Positions 9,382 to 18,564 are shown, numbered from the stretch's first letter. The stretch: 61,791 nucleotides of DNA from Candidatus Omnitrophota bacterium (GCA_015232565.1 JADFZK010000013.1:1-61791), one strand, 5' to 3'. Notes: a model not told the origin generated them from the letters alone. Program-made: numbers and translations.

Positions 9382-10049
9382 TCCTGCAGGGCGGACCGAT
9401 GGATTTCTTAGTGGCATTAGGCGCGGGCGTGGCGATGAGTTTTACACCCTGCGCCTATCCACTTTTACCCGTCACGGTGGCAGTGGTGGCGGGGGCAAAT
9501 ACCCGGGGCGGGCGTTTAAACGGTTTTTTTCTTTCTTTGATCTATGTGTTGGGCATGGCTGTTTCTTATAGTTTGTTGGCTGCGGCCGCGGTCTTGACCG
9601 GCCGGATATTTGGGGTGATCCAGAATAATCCCTGGGTTTACTTGATAGTCGGCAATGTTATTCTTTTCTTCGCGTTGGTGATGTTCGACGTGATACCGTT
9701 ACCGATGTTCAATTTGAGCGGATCGGCCGCTCAGCGTCCACGCGGGCGCTGGGCTTTATTTGTAATGGGGGCGGCATCCGGGTTTATTATCGGGCCTTGC
9801 ACGGTGCCGGTTTTAGGTTCGCTCTTGCTTTATATCGCGTCCCGGCAGAATCTTTTTTTCGGAATGAGTTTGCTGTTCGTTTTTGCGCTTGGGTTAGGCA
9901 CCGTACTTATACTGGCGGGTACTTTCAGCGGCTTGTTGTCGGCTTTGCCTAAATCTGGCAAGTGGATGCATATTGTAAAGATAGCGGCGGGTGTGACCCT
10001 GTTAATCGTAGCCGAGATCCTTTTCGTGAAAGTTGGAGCGGCCATGTAG
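9378..10049 (+). CDS. ccdA: CcdA / DsbD transmembrane-domain protein (alternative start 9399)
   Basis: FTPCAYP and GPCTVP catalytic Cys motifs, LPKSG.WM. Confidence 0.88.
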   Translation: MILQGGPMDFLVALGAGVAMSFTPCAYPLLPVTVAVVAGANTRGGRLNGFFLSLIYVLGMAVSYSLLAAAAVLTGRIFGVIQNNPWVYLIVGNVILFFALVMFDVIPLPMFNLSGSAAQRPRGRWALFVMGAASGFIIGPCTVPVLGSLLLYIASRQNLFFGMSLLFVFALGLGTVLILAGTFSGLLSALPKSGKWMHIVKIAAGVTLLIVAEILFVKVGAAM

Positions 10050-10112
10050 CGAGCGGAGCGAGATGGCCGCGACATGCCGGATCCGGTCAGTCCGGCTGGA
10101 GCGGCCTTGTAG
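10034..10112. repeat. REP-like insertion flanked by a 16-bp direct repeat of the ccdA 3' end
   Basis: TGGAGCGGCCATGTAG (10034-10049) vs TGGAGCGGCCTTGTAG (10097-10112); stem GCGGCCAT/ATGGCCGC enclosing GCGAGCGGAGCGAG. Confidence 0.6.
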
Positions 10113-10145
10113 GTTTAATGTTTCGGATCAATTGATGAGGAGACT

Positions 10146-10703
10146 ATGAAAGCGATTCTTTTGACATTGTGCGTAGGTGGTCTTTTGTTTTCGGCCGGCT
10201 GTGACCGGGCTGAGGTTCAGGACAAAGCTGTTGTGCCAAGCATGCCTGTTGCTCAGAATGTGCCTGTTGTGCCGAGTAATGTTGCGCCATCGCAGAACAT
10301 TTCCGGGCGGCCGAAAGCGGTGAATTTTACCTTGACCCAGACCAAGGGCGGTCAGGCGTCGTTAGATGGTTTGCGCAATGGCGGTAAAGCGGTAATCTTT
10401 TTCTGGGCTACCTGGTGTCCTCATTGCCGGGAACAGCTTAAGGAAATGAGTGCGCAGAAGAAGGCTCTGGAGGAGCTGGGAGCCGCGGTTATCCTGGTTG
10501 ACATTGGTGAAGATAAAGCCGCGGTTGACCGGTTTATGGCGGCGAAAGGTTATGACTTTAACGTGTTGCTTGACCTGGATTCGGCGGTCGCCGAGATCTA
10601 CGAGATAGTCGGAGTGCCGACTATTGTTTTTGTGGGCCAGGATGGCACTATTCTGGACAGCGGGAATAGTTTTCCGGAAAATTATGTAGAGATTCTTAAA
10701 TAA
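10146..10703 (+). CDS. TlpA/ResA-like thioredoxin lipoprotein
   Basis: Lipobox SAG-C, FWATWCPHC, GVPT cis-Pro loop. Confidence 0.9.
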   Translation: MKAILLTLCVGGLLFSAGCDRAEVQDKAVVPSMPVAQNVPVVPSNVAPSQNISGRPKAVNFTLTQTKGGQASLDGLRNGGKAVIFFWATWCPHCREQLKEMSAQKKALEELGAAVILVDIGEDKAAVDRFMAAKGYDFNVLLDLDSAVAEIYEIVGVPTIVFVGQDGTILDSGNSFPENYVEILK

Positions 10704-10708
10704 ATCGC

Positions 10709-10738
10709 TTGACATACCACATTTAAGTGTGGTAAAAA
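10709..10738 (+). promoter_or_regulatory. lexA sigma70 promoter with a palindromic operator (candidate LexA box)
   Basis: TTGACA 10709-10714; TACCACA-TTTAAG-TGTGGTA 10715-10734; TG-n-TAAAAA extended -10 at 10733-10738, 6 nt before the ATG. Confidence 0.7.
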
Positions 10739-10744
10739 TAAAGT

Positions 10745-11344
10745 ATGCCTACAGACAAACTTACCTCCAAGCAAAAAGACGTTCTGAAATTCATTTACGA
10801 ACAGATCCGTTTTAAACAGCTGGCGCCGACCATCCGGGAGATCGGCGATCATTTTAGTTTTTCTTCCACCGGCACGGTCAGGGATTATTTGAATGCTTTG
10901 GTAACCAAGGGTTATATTCGTATTCAGGAAGGCAAGTCGCGCGCCATCGAGCTGGTAAAGGAAGCGCTGTTCCAGGTGCCGGTTATTGGCCGTGTTCAGG
11001 CTGGTCAGCCGGTGTATGCCGCGGAAGACCTTCTGGGGTATTTGAATCTTGATCAGTTTGTTTTTCCGGAGCCGGATGTGTTTGCACTTAAAGTGCGCGG
11101 TTTGAGCATGCGCGATGCCGGCATAATGGATGGCGATTTTGTATTGATCCGTAAACAGGAGCATGCCCAGCCGGGGGATATAGTGGTAGCGATCATGGGG
11201 GAAGAAGCCACAGTTAAACGTTTGGCCAAGCGTGGAGCGCATTTGTTTCTTGATCCAGCCAATCCGGATTTCCGGCCAATTCCGCTTACGGCGGAAGTTT
11301 CGATCATTGGCAAAGTCTTACAAGTTGTAAGGGATTATTCTTAA
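10745..11344 (+). CDS. lexA: SOS repressor LexA
   Basis: PTIREI wHTH, cleavage site GRVQAG, catalytic GLSM and ATVKRL. Confidence 0.95.
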   Translation: MPTDKLTSKQKDVLKFIYEQIRFKQLAPTIREIGDHFSFSSTGTVRDYLNALVTKGYIRIQEGKSRAIELVKEALFQVPVIGRVQAGQPVYAAEDLLGYLNLDQFVFPEPDVFALKVRGLSMRDAGIMDGDFVLIRKQEHAQPGDIVVAIMGEEATVKRLAKRGAHLFLDPANPDFRPIPLTAEVSIIGKVLQVVRDYS

Positions 11345-11394
11345 TTATTTGAAATTGTCGGCAGGTGTTTCCGAATTGGTTTGGGTATTAACTT

Positions 11395-12258
11395 ATGACT
11401 ACGCCAAAAGATGAAACCTTCAATGGCCTTTCTGCCAAGGAGTGGACGATCCTTGGCAAGAACGTTTGGAATGATCTTAGTTCTCCGCGCCAATCACATC
11501 ACCTCCTGCATGGCGCAACATTTCCAGCCGCTTTAGCTGAACGGGCTCTTAGTTTGTATTCCAAGCAGGGAGATATTGTTTTTGATCCTTTTGCCGGTAT
11601 TGGCACTACTATCATTGCCGCGGCCAAACTGGACCGGGTTGGGGTGGGGATTGAGCTTCAGGAACAGTTCTGCACATTAGCTTCTTCTCTTATCGACAAA
11701 GAAAAAACCGATCTTTTCAGCAGTAAACAATCGTCACGGCATGAAGTAATCTGTGATGATTGCCGAGCGCTGGATAAATATTTGTATTCCAATTCGGTGC
11801 AGTTAACTCTTTCGGCTCCACCTTATCCGAAGGTGGATATTCGTCCGCCCAAGGTTCAGGGCCCGGGGCGTCCGCGCAAGAACGATCTGGCGGAGGAAAT
11901 GTTGGAGCGGGTGCCAGCGCATAGCTTGCGGCAGGATGATTTTGGCAATTTTGGCTATCAAATGTATCTCGAGGAGCTTAAGCTGGTTTTTAAGAAGGTC
12001 CTTAATGTAACCAGGGAGGGTGGCTATAGCGTGTGGGTGGTGCGCGATCAACGCGATACATACAATGGCGCTCAGTATATCCCGGTGCATGCTGATATTA
12101 TAAATCTGGGCGTCTCCGCAGGGTGGCGGCATCACGATCTGATCATATGGGATCAAAATGATCAGCGTCGTCTGGTCTTGCTGGGATATCCGAATGTTTT
12201 TTATACCAATTTGAATTGTTCATATCTGGTAGTGTTTCGTAAACCCAAAGATAAATAA
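11395..12258 (+). CDS. Orphan amino (N4-C/N6-A) DNA methyltransferase family protein with an atypical motif IV
   Basis: HGATFP, DPFAGIGTT (motif I), then SAPPY where SPPY/DPPY is expected; no adjacent endonuclease. Confidence 0.8.
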   Translation: MTTPKDETFNGLSAKEWTILGKNVWNDLSSPRQSHHLLHGATFPAALAERALSLYSKQGDIVFDPFAGIGTTIIAAAKLDRVGVGIELQEQFCTLASSLIDKEKTDLFSSKQSSRHEVICDDCRALDKYLYSNSVQLTLSAPPYPKVDIRPPKVQGPGRPRKNDLAEEMLERVPAHSLRQDDFGNFGYQMYLEELKLVFKKVLNVTREGGYSVWVVRDQRDTYNGAQYIPVHADIINLGVSAGWRHHDLIIWDQNDQRRLVLLGYPNVFYTNLNCSYLVVFRKPKDK

Positions 12259-12280
12259 TGTTTTTGTGAAAGGAAAGATC

Positions 12281-12655
12281 ATGAAGATTGTGCAACCTGT
12301 TAATGCGCCTAAACCTGCTGGTCCTTATAATCATGCTGTAATTTCTGGCAATCTGGTGTTTTGCGCGGGGCAGATCCCGCTGGATCCGGCTAATGGCAAT
12401 GTGGTTGCCGGGGGTATTGAGGAACAGACCACCCGTGTTTTTGAGAATATCAAGCTGGTGCTGGCTGATGCGGGCAGTTCTATTGGGAAGGTAATTAAAG
12501 CTACTGTTTATTTAAAAGATCTTAATGATTTTGCGGGGATGAACAAGGTGTACAGTCAGTATATCCCGGCAAATTTTCCGGCTCGTTCTACACTCCAGGT
12601 CGCTCGTATTCCGAAAGATGTATTAGTTGAGATCGAAGTGATCGCGGAACTGTGA
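12281..12655 (+). CDS. ridA: RidA / YjgF enamine deaminase
   Basis: GPYNHA, AGQIP, FAGMN.VY, PARS, VEIE. Confidence 0.93.
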   Translation: MKIVQPVNAPKPAGPYNHAVISGNLVFCAGQIPLDPANGNVVAGGIEEQTTRVFENIKLVLADAGSSIGKVIKATVYLKDLNDFAGMNKVYSQYIPANFPARSTLQVARIPKDVLVEIEVIAEL

Positions 12656-12702
12656 TATCGGGATGGTAGTTGTGGTAAAGGGCGTAAAGTAGTGAGATTA
12701 TT

Positions 12703-12731
12703 TTGACAGTGTACCGATAACGTAGTATTGT
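12703..12731 (+). promoter_or_regulatory. sigma70 promoter of the cobamide operon
   Basis: TTGACA-N17-TATTGT about 30 nt upstream of the riboswitch. Confidence 0.75.
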
Positions 12732-12759
12732 CTTTTTGTTGTTTGTTGGAAATATCCAA

Positions 12760-12900
12760 TATAGGTGCTTTCTGCAGAGTTTTTTGGGAAAGCTTAAATG
12801 GGAAATCCTGTAACTTACCGGTAATTTGGTGAGAAATCAGGAACGGTCCCGCCGCTGTATCTCCGCGCTTGCGCGGGGGAGTCAGAATACCGGCCTATAG
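12760..12900 (+). ncRNA. Cobalamin riboswitch
   Basis: P1 TATAGG/CCTATA; AGGTG, GGGAA, GCCGCTGTA, B12 box GTCAGAATACCGGCC; lies upstream of cob/btu genes. Confidence 0.9.
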
Positions 12901-12969
12901 AGTTGATCATCAAATACTGCGTGAGACAGTAGGTTGAGACCAATATATTAAGGACCGATAACGGGTAAG

Positions 12970-13010
12970 ATCCTTAAGTTCTCTTTCGGGAGAGCTTGAG
13001 GATTTTTTTT
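12970..13010 (+). terminator. Riboswitch expression platform: terminator / SD-sequester hairpin
   Basis: ATCCTTAAGTTCTCT-TTCG-GGAGAGCTTGAGGAT plus T tract; upstream TTAAGGA can pair with the 5' arm as an antiterminator. Confidence 0.8.
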
Positions 13011-13641
13011 GAAAGTGAGGCTGAATATTACCAAACTATATTTGATCCGACATGGCCAGACCGATCCGGGGCGGGAACGGAAATATTGCGGGGCGCGTGA
13101 TGTGCCATTAAATGATACCGGGCGCCGTCAGGCGGAGTTGTTGGCCGGGCGTTTTAACGGTGTTGCGCTCGACGCGGTATTTGCCAGCGATCTTGCGCGG
13201 GCGGTGCAAACAGCCGAGATATCCCTGAAGGTTGCGAATGTTGTAAAGTTACCGTGCTTCCGTGAAATGGACTTTGGGGTTTGTGAAGGTTTGGGATATG
13301 ACGAGGCGCGGCAGAAACACGCGGATATCTTTGATTCCTGGGTAAACTCGCCGATGGAGGTTACTTTGCCCGGGGGCGAGTCGTTCAGTGCGCTTTGTTC
13401 CCGAGTTATTAACGGGATAGATGCGCTGGTCGCTGGCAACCCGGGGCGGAATATCGTTCTGGTAGCGCATGGCGGGCCTATCCGGGTGATCTTGCTGTCT
13501 GCCCTGGGCCGGGGGATGCAGGATTTCTGGTCTTTAAAACAGGACAATGCGGCTTTGAATGTGATCGAATATATCCCGGGGCAAGCGCCGGCGGTATTGG
13601 CAATGAATGATACTGAACATTTAAACGGGTTGGAGTTATGA
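13009..13641 (+). CDS. cobC: Alpha-ribazole phosphatase (histidine phosphatase)
   Basis: LIRHGQ, SDLARA.QTA, E..FG, VAHGG; operon context. Confidence 0.88.
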   Translation: MKVRLNITKLYLIRHGQTDPGRERKYCGARDVPLNDTGRRQAELLAGRFNGVALDAVFASDLARAVQTAEISLKVANVVKLPCFREMDFGVCEGLGYDEARQKHADIFDSWVNSPMEVTLPGGESFSALCSRVINGIDALVAGNPGRNIVLVAHGGPIRVILLSALGRGMQDFWSLKQDNAALNVIEYIPGQAPAVLAMNDTEHLNGLEL

Positions 13642-14159
13642 AAAAAAGCGTTTTTGTATTCGGGGGAGCGCGGAGCGGGAAAAGCACCTATGCTGTTGAG
13701 CGGGCCCGGGAAGCGGGCCAAAAGGTGGTTTTTCTGGCTACCTGTACATTCAGTGATGCCGAAATGGACGAACGTATCCGGCGCCATCAAAGCTCGCGTC
13801 CGGCCGGGTGGCAGCTGGTTAATGAAGGCGTAAATATTGCCGCTGAGCTGCTGAAAATCCAGGGTGCGGATACTACGGTGCTGATTGATTGCCTGGGTAT
13901 GTGGGTATTCAATTTAATGGAATTGCACGCCGATGATGCTCCGCTGGAAGCTCTTTTCGCGGATTTTGTCGGGCGGTTGGCCGAAGTGAAGGGCTTGGTG
14001 ATCATTGTTTCTAACGAAGCGGGTTGCGGCCTGGTGCCGGTGCATGCTTCGGGCCGGAGGTTCAGGGACCTGGTAGGCCGGTTGAATCAGCTGGTGGCCC
14101 GCGCGGCGGATGAAGTGGTTTTAATGCAGGTTGGTATTCCCACCAAACTCAAAGGATGA
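13638..14159 (+). CDS. cobU: Adenosylcobinamide kinase / cobinamide-phosphate guanylyltransferase
   Basis: GGARSGKS, EM.ERI..H, LIDCL, VSNE.G.G, RFRD. Confidence 0.95.
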   Translation: MKKSVFVFGGARSGKSTYAVERAREAGQKVVFLATCTFSDAEMDERIRRHQSSRPAGWQLVNEGVNIAAELLKIQGADTTVLIDCLGMWVFNLMELHADDAPLEALFADFVGRLAEVKGLVIIVSNEAGCGLVPVHASGRRFRDLVGRLNQLVARAADEVVLMQVGIPTKLKG

Positions 14160-15223
14160 TCATGCAGATATTAAACAATACGGTGTCCCGCATTGAGCGG
14201 ATCGATTTCTCGCTGGCGGAGGAGACCCAACAACGTTTGGACCGGCTCACCAAGCCGCAAGGCAGTCTGGGCCGGCTGGAAGAATTAGCCAAACAGGTGG
14301 TGGAGATCACGCGGGTGCATTCTCCGGACCTTACGCATAAAGTGGTTTTTGTGATGGCCGGCGACCACGGCGTTACGGCTGAAGGGGTAAGTGCGTTCCC
14401 TAAAGAAGTAACCCCCCAGATGGTTTACAATTTTTTAAAAGGCGGAGCCGGGATAAATGTGCTGGCCCGGCATGTGGGCGCCCGGGTGGTGGTGGCGGAC
14501 CTGGGGGTAGCGGTGGATCTGGCGTCGCATAGCGGCTTGATCGTGCGCAAAGTAAATTATGGCACCGGTAATATGAGTAAAGGGCCCGCTATGACCCGGC
14601 AAGACGCGGTGCGGTCGATCGAGAATGGTATTGAGATCTTTGAGGCCGAATACAAAAAGGGCGTTAATCTGGCGGCTACCGGGGAAATGGGTATCGGGAA
14701 CACTACGGCGGCCAGCGCTATAGTTGCGGCCATAACCGGCTTGGCAGTGGAGGCTGTTACCGGTAAAGGCACAGGTATTGACATTGCGGCTTGGCAAAAG
14801 AAAGTGGCGGTTATCGGCCAGGCTCTTTTGGTAAATAAACCAGACCCCAAAGACGGGATCGACGTACTGGCTAAAGTAGGCGGTTTTGAGATCGGGGGTT
14901 TGGTGGGGGTTATCCTGGCGGCAGCGGCCCGGCGGGTGCCGGTGGTGGTGGACGGTTTTATTTCTTCCGCCGCGGCGCTGGTAGCTGTTGTGATCGAGCC
15001 TAAGGTAAAAGATTATTTGATCGCCTCGCATGCATCGGTTGAGATCGGGCATAAAATTGTTTGGGAATATTTAAGCTTAAGACCGGTCCTCGACCTTAAT
15101 TTGCGTTTGGGTGAGGGTACGGGCGCGGCTTTGGCGATGGGTATTGTTGAGGCGGGGGTCAAGATCCTTACCCGGATGAGCACTTTTGAAACGGCCGGGG
15201 TTGCGAGCCAGGTCACACAATGA
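14156..15223 (+). CDS. cobT: Nicotinate-nucleotide--dimethylbenzimidazole phosphoribosyltransferase
   Basis: LTKPQGSLGRLE, DHGV, GEMGIGNTT, LRLGEGTGA. Confidence 0.96.
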   Translation: MIMQILNNTVSRIERIDFSLAEETQQRLDRLTKPQGSLGRLEELAKQVVEITRVHSPDLTHKVVFVMAGDHGVTAEGVSAFPKEVTPQMVYNFLKGGAGINVLARHVGARVVVADLGVAVDLASHSGLIVRKVNYGTGNMSKGPAMTRQDAVRSIENGIEIFEAEYKKGVNLAATGEMGIGNTTAASAIVAAITGLAVEAVTGKGTGIDIAAWQKKVAVIGQALLVNKPDPKDGIDVLAKVGGFEIGGLVGVILAAAARRVPVVVDGFISSAAALVAVVIEPKVKDYLIASHASVEIGHKIVWEYLSLRPVLDLNLRLGEGTGAALAMGIVEAGVKILTRMSTFETAGVASQVTQ

Positions 15224-15954
15224 AAAAATTCTGGATGGCTTTACAGTTTTTGACGATTCTGCCGGTTAAGGTGCCGGGTTCATTTGCCGGCAAGGATCTT
15301 AATTTTCTTCTGGCGTGGTTTCCGGTGGCGGGGGCAGTTATGGGCCTGTTACCGGCGGTTATTGTAGTTGCCGGCGGCGTTTTACCGCAGATGGCGCTGG
15401 TGGCGGTGGCGCTGACGGCGTATACAGTATTGACCGGAGCTTTGCATATCGATGGCTTTGCCGATACCTGTGACGGAATATTCAGCGGCCGGACGAAAGA
15501 GCAGATGCTGGAGATCATGCGTGACAGCCGTATTGGTACTTATGGTGCGGCGGGGGTGGGCTTGCTTTTGCTTCTTAAGTTCGCTTTTCTGTTGGGCTTG
15601 CCCCAAATGATGCTTTGGAAAATGTTTATTCTTATCCCGATGTTTGCCCGCTGGATCCAAAGCCTGGCTTGTGCCGGAACCCGCTACGCCAGGACTACTG
15701 GCAAGGCGGCTTTGTTTTTTCAGTATGCCACGGTTTGGGACGTAGTGCTCGGCGGGATATTTTGCCTGGCCGTGATCTTTGCCCTGCTGGGGATGAAAGG
15801 CTTATGCGTATTTGGGGCGGCTTTATTACCGGCAGTTTTGTTTATCCGGTTTATTGAACAAAAGCTGGGCGGTATGACCGGGGACACGGTCGGCGCCGCC
15901 AGTGAGATAGCGGAATTGAGCGGTTTATTCTTTGGCCTGGTGTTCTTACTATGA
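15220..15954 (+). CDS. cobS: Cobalamin synthase
   Basis: TGALHIDGFADTCDG, IMRDSRIG, GGMTGDTVGA. Confidence 0.95.
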   Translation: MKKFWMALQFLTILPVKVPGSFAGKDLNFLLAWFPVAGAVMGLLPAVIVVAGGVLPQMALVAVALTAYTVLTGALHIDGFADTCDGIFSGRTKEQMLEIMRDSRIGTYGAAGVGLLLLLKFAFLLGLPQMMLWKMFILIPMFARWIQSLACAGTRYARTTGKAALFFQYATVWDVVLGGIFCLAVIFALLGMKGLCVFGAALLPAVLFIRFIEQKLGGMTGDTVGAASEIAELSGLFFGLVFLL

Positions 15955-16784
15955 AAAAGACGGCGTTCCTGATTCTTTTTTTTATCCTGTTTGCTTCAGC
16001 GGCTGGTTCGGCCGAGAAGCCGGCGCAACGGATAATTTCTTTAGGGCCGGTTATAACCGAAGAGCTGTATTTGCTTTCCAGCGGGGATAAACTGGTGGGC
16101 TGTACCACCTGGTGCAAACGTCCTTTAGCCGCGGGTCAAAAGCCCAAAGTCGGGAATGTTCAGGAGATCAACCTGGAGAGTGTTATTGCTTTAAAGCCGG
16201 ACGTTGTTCTGGCCACGGTGTTGACCGATCCGCGCGCGGTGACCAAATTGCGCGGGATGGGTATCCGGGTGGTCGAAGTCCCGAATGCCCGGGATTTTGC
16301 CGGTTTATGCCGGGTCTTGCAACTTTTAGGAGAGATCACTGGGCAGGAAAAAGAGGCCCGGCAGATCATTGCTGAGGCCCGGGAGCAGGTTCTGGCCCTG
16401 AAGGCCAGGATCAAAAATTTGCCTAAGGTAAAGGTGTTTGTTCAGGTGGGGGTTAATCCTTTGGTTACTATTGGGCGCGAGTCGTTCGCCAACGACCTTA
16501 TTGAATCGGCCGGGGGTGAGAATATTGTGGCCCAGCCTGGTTATTTGCAATATTCGCGGGAACAGGTTTTGGCCAGTTCTCCCGAGGTCATGTTTATTTC
16601 CAGTATGGGTTTCGACGGCGAGAAAGAAAAACGGAACTGGCAGAAGTTCGGGGCTCTTAAGCCGGTGATGGAGGGGCGGGTTTTTATTCTGGATGAATAT
16701 TTATTGTGCAGTCCGACTCCGGTGAGTTTTGTGGAGACGCTAAAGACGGTGATCCGTTACCTGCATCCGGAGGTTGGGATATGA
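15951..16784 (+). CDS. btuF: Cobalamin ABC transporter periplasmic binding protein
   Basis: Signal peptide, QRIISL.P..TE, E..IALKPD; context. Confidence 0.85.
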   Translation: MKKTAFLILFFILFASAAGSAEKPAQRIISLGPVITEELYLLSSGDKLVGCTTWCKRPLAAGQKPKVGNVQEINLESVIALKPDVVLATVLTDPRAVTKLRGMGIRVVEVPNARDFAGLCRVLQLLGEITGQEKEARQIIAEAREQVLALKARIKNLPKVKVFVQVGVNPLVTIGRESFANDLIESAGGENIVAQPGYLQYSREQVLASSPEVMFISSMGFDGEKEKRNWQKFGALKPVMEGRVFILDEYLLCSPTPVSFVETLKTVIRYLHPEVGI

Positions 16785-17770
16785 CCCGCTGGACAGCCTG
16801 GTTATTGGTTCTGGTGTTGTTGTTAATGCTGGTGGGCCTGTTTTCTTTGTCAGTAGGGTCCGCGGGGATACCCTTGACCAAATTGGCCGCGGTTTTGTTT
16901 CAGGGCCCGGGCAGTACGGAATACAGCATTATCTTTGATATCCGTTTGCCGCGCATTTTACTGGGGTTTGCTATTGGCGGGGCTTTAAGCCTGGCGGGTG
17001 TGATCCTGCAAGGTATGTTCCGTAACCCGTTGGTGGAACCGTATACGCTGGGCATTGCCGGGGGTGCGGCTTTGGGTGTTTCTTTGAATATCGTGTTGGG
17101 GCTGGCGGCTTCCGGCCGGTATGCGGCACCGTTATGCGGCTCTCTGGGGGCGGGCGTGGTCATCATTTTTCTGTATTTCTCCAGTATCCGCCGGGGTATG
17201 GTTAAATTGCAGGGCTTATTGCTCAACGGGGTGATGATCAGTTTTATCTCTTCGTCGTTAGTAATGCTGTTGATGTCTCTTTCCAGCGCCGAAAGCCTGC
17301 ACGGAATAGTCTTTTGGGTCATGGGTTCTCTGGGTGAGCCGGACAGCGCGCTGATCGGCCTTATGTTCACGATGTCGGCAGGGCTTTTGCTGATCTCCTA
17401 TTTCTTTTGTTTGCATCTAAATGCGTTGGCCCTGGGGGAAGAAGAGGCCCGGCATCTGGGGGTGCCGGTGGAGCGGACCAAAAAGATCCTGTTTGTGCTT
17501 TCTGCGCTATTGACGGGTTTTTGTGTTTCGGTGGCCGGTATGATCGGTTTTGTGGGGTTGGTGGTGCCGCACTTGATGCGGCGTTTGGTGGGGCCGGATC
17601 ATCGGATCCTGCTGGGGGCGTCGTTCCTGGCGGGGGCTATTTTTCTGATCTTCTGTGACACCCTGGCCCGGATAATCATTGCGCCTTCTGAACTGCCGGT
17701 GGGGGTTATAACAGGGATCGTGGGCGGGAGTGTGTTCGTTTACGCTTTGGCTCGCGGGGAGGTGCATTGA
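16781..17770 (+). CDS. btuC: Cobalamin ABC transporter permease (FecCD family)
   Basis: IRLPR, QGMFRNPL.EP, LGEEEA..LG, IGFVGLVVPH, ELPVG; ATGA overlap with btuF. Confidence 0.9.
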   Translation: MTRWTAWLLVLVLLLMLVGLFSLSVGSAGIPLTKLAAVLFQGPGSTEYSIIFDIRLPRILLGFAIGGALSLAGVILQGMFRNPLVEPYTLGIAGGAALGVSLNIVLGLAASGRYAAPLCGSLGAGVVIIFLYFSSIRRGMVKLQGLLLNGVMISFISSSLVMLLMSLSSAESLHGIVFWVMGSLGEPDSALIGLMFTMSAGLLLISYFFCLHLNALALGEEEARHLGVPVERTKKILFVLSALLTGFCVSVAGMIGFVGLVVPHLMRRLVGPDHRILLGASFLAGAIFLIFCDTLARIIIAPSELPVGVITGIVGGSVFVYALARGEVH

Positions 17771-18564
17771 TGCTTGAGATCAGCCACCTTACCTGTGGAT
17801 ATGGCACAAAAGAAGTGATCTCCGCAGTTAGTTTTCAGGTGAAAAGCGGGGAGTTCTTCGGGGTCATTGGGCCGAACGGTTCGGGGAAAAGCACTCTTTT
17901 GCGGGCTTTGTCGGGAGTTATTAAACCCATGCAGGGCCGGATCTTGCTTAACGGGGAAGATGTGGCGGGTATTGCTTTACGCGATCTTGCCCGGCAAACC
18001 GCGGTGGTGTCCCAGCTGGTGCCGGCGGCGCCGCTGACCGTGGCCGAGTTTGTGCTGATGGGGCGTATCCCGCATTTTGGTCTTATGCAATTCATGGAAT
18101 CAAAGCAGGATCTGGAGCTGGCGCGGGAATGTATGCAAGTAACGGATTCCTGGCGTTTAAAAGACCGGTCACTGGACCAGCTGAGCGGCGGAGAGCGCCA
18201 GTTGGCCCAGATCGCGCGGGCCCTGGCCCAACAGCCCAGATTGCTTTTGCTCGATGAGCCTACGGCGCATTTGGATATTACGCATCAGGCGGCGGTGATG
18301 GACCTGTTAAAGCGGCTGGTGCACGAGCTCAATTTAACCGTGCTGATGGTGTTACACGATCTTAATCTGGCCAGTGAGTATTGCGACCGGTTGTGCCTTA
18401 TAAAAGAAGGGCAGGTTTTCAAGACCGGCACGCCTTTGGAGGTTATTGATCCCCGGGTGATCGGGGAAGTTTATCGTACGGAGGTTGTGGTGAACAACAA
18501 TCCGGTGTCGGGCAAGCCGCATGTGCTGATAGTGCCGCAGGATTTGCAAAAGAATAAAATGTAA
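17767..18564 (+). CDS. btuD: Cobalamin ABC transporter ATPase
   Basis: GPNGSGKS, LSGGERQ, LLLDEPT, H-loop. Confidence 0.88.
   Translation: MMLEISHLTCGYGTKEVISAVSFQVKSGEFFGVIGPNGSGKSTLLRALSGVIKPMQGRILLNGEDVAGIALRDLARQTAVVSQLVPAAPLTVAEFVLMGRIPHFGLMQFMESKQDLELARECMQVTDSWRLKDRSLDQLSGGERQLAQIARALAQQPRLLLLDEPTAHLDITHQAAVMDLLKRLVHELNLTVLMVLHDLNLASEYCDRLCLIKEGQVFKTGTPLEVIDPRVIGEVYRTEVVVNNNPVSGKPHVLIVPQDLQKNKM

Noticed and set aside
10715-10734. lexA palindrome resembles the MITE terminus (CCACAC/GTGTGG)
   Set aside because: The overlap is only 6-8 nt with no further TIR similarity; its position in the promoter spacer fits an operator better.
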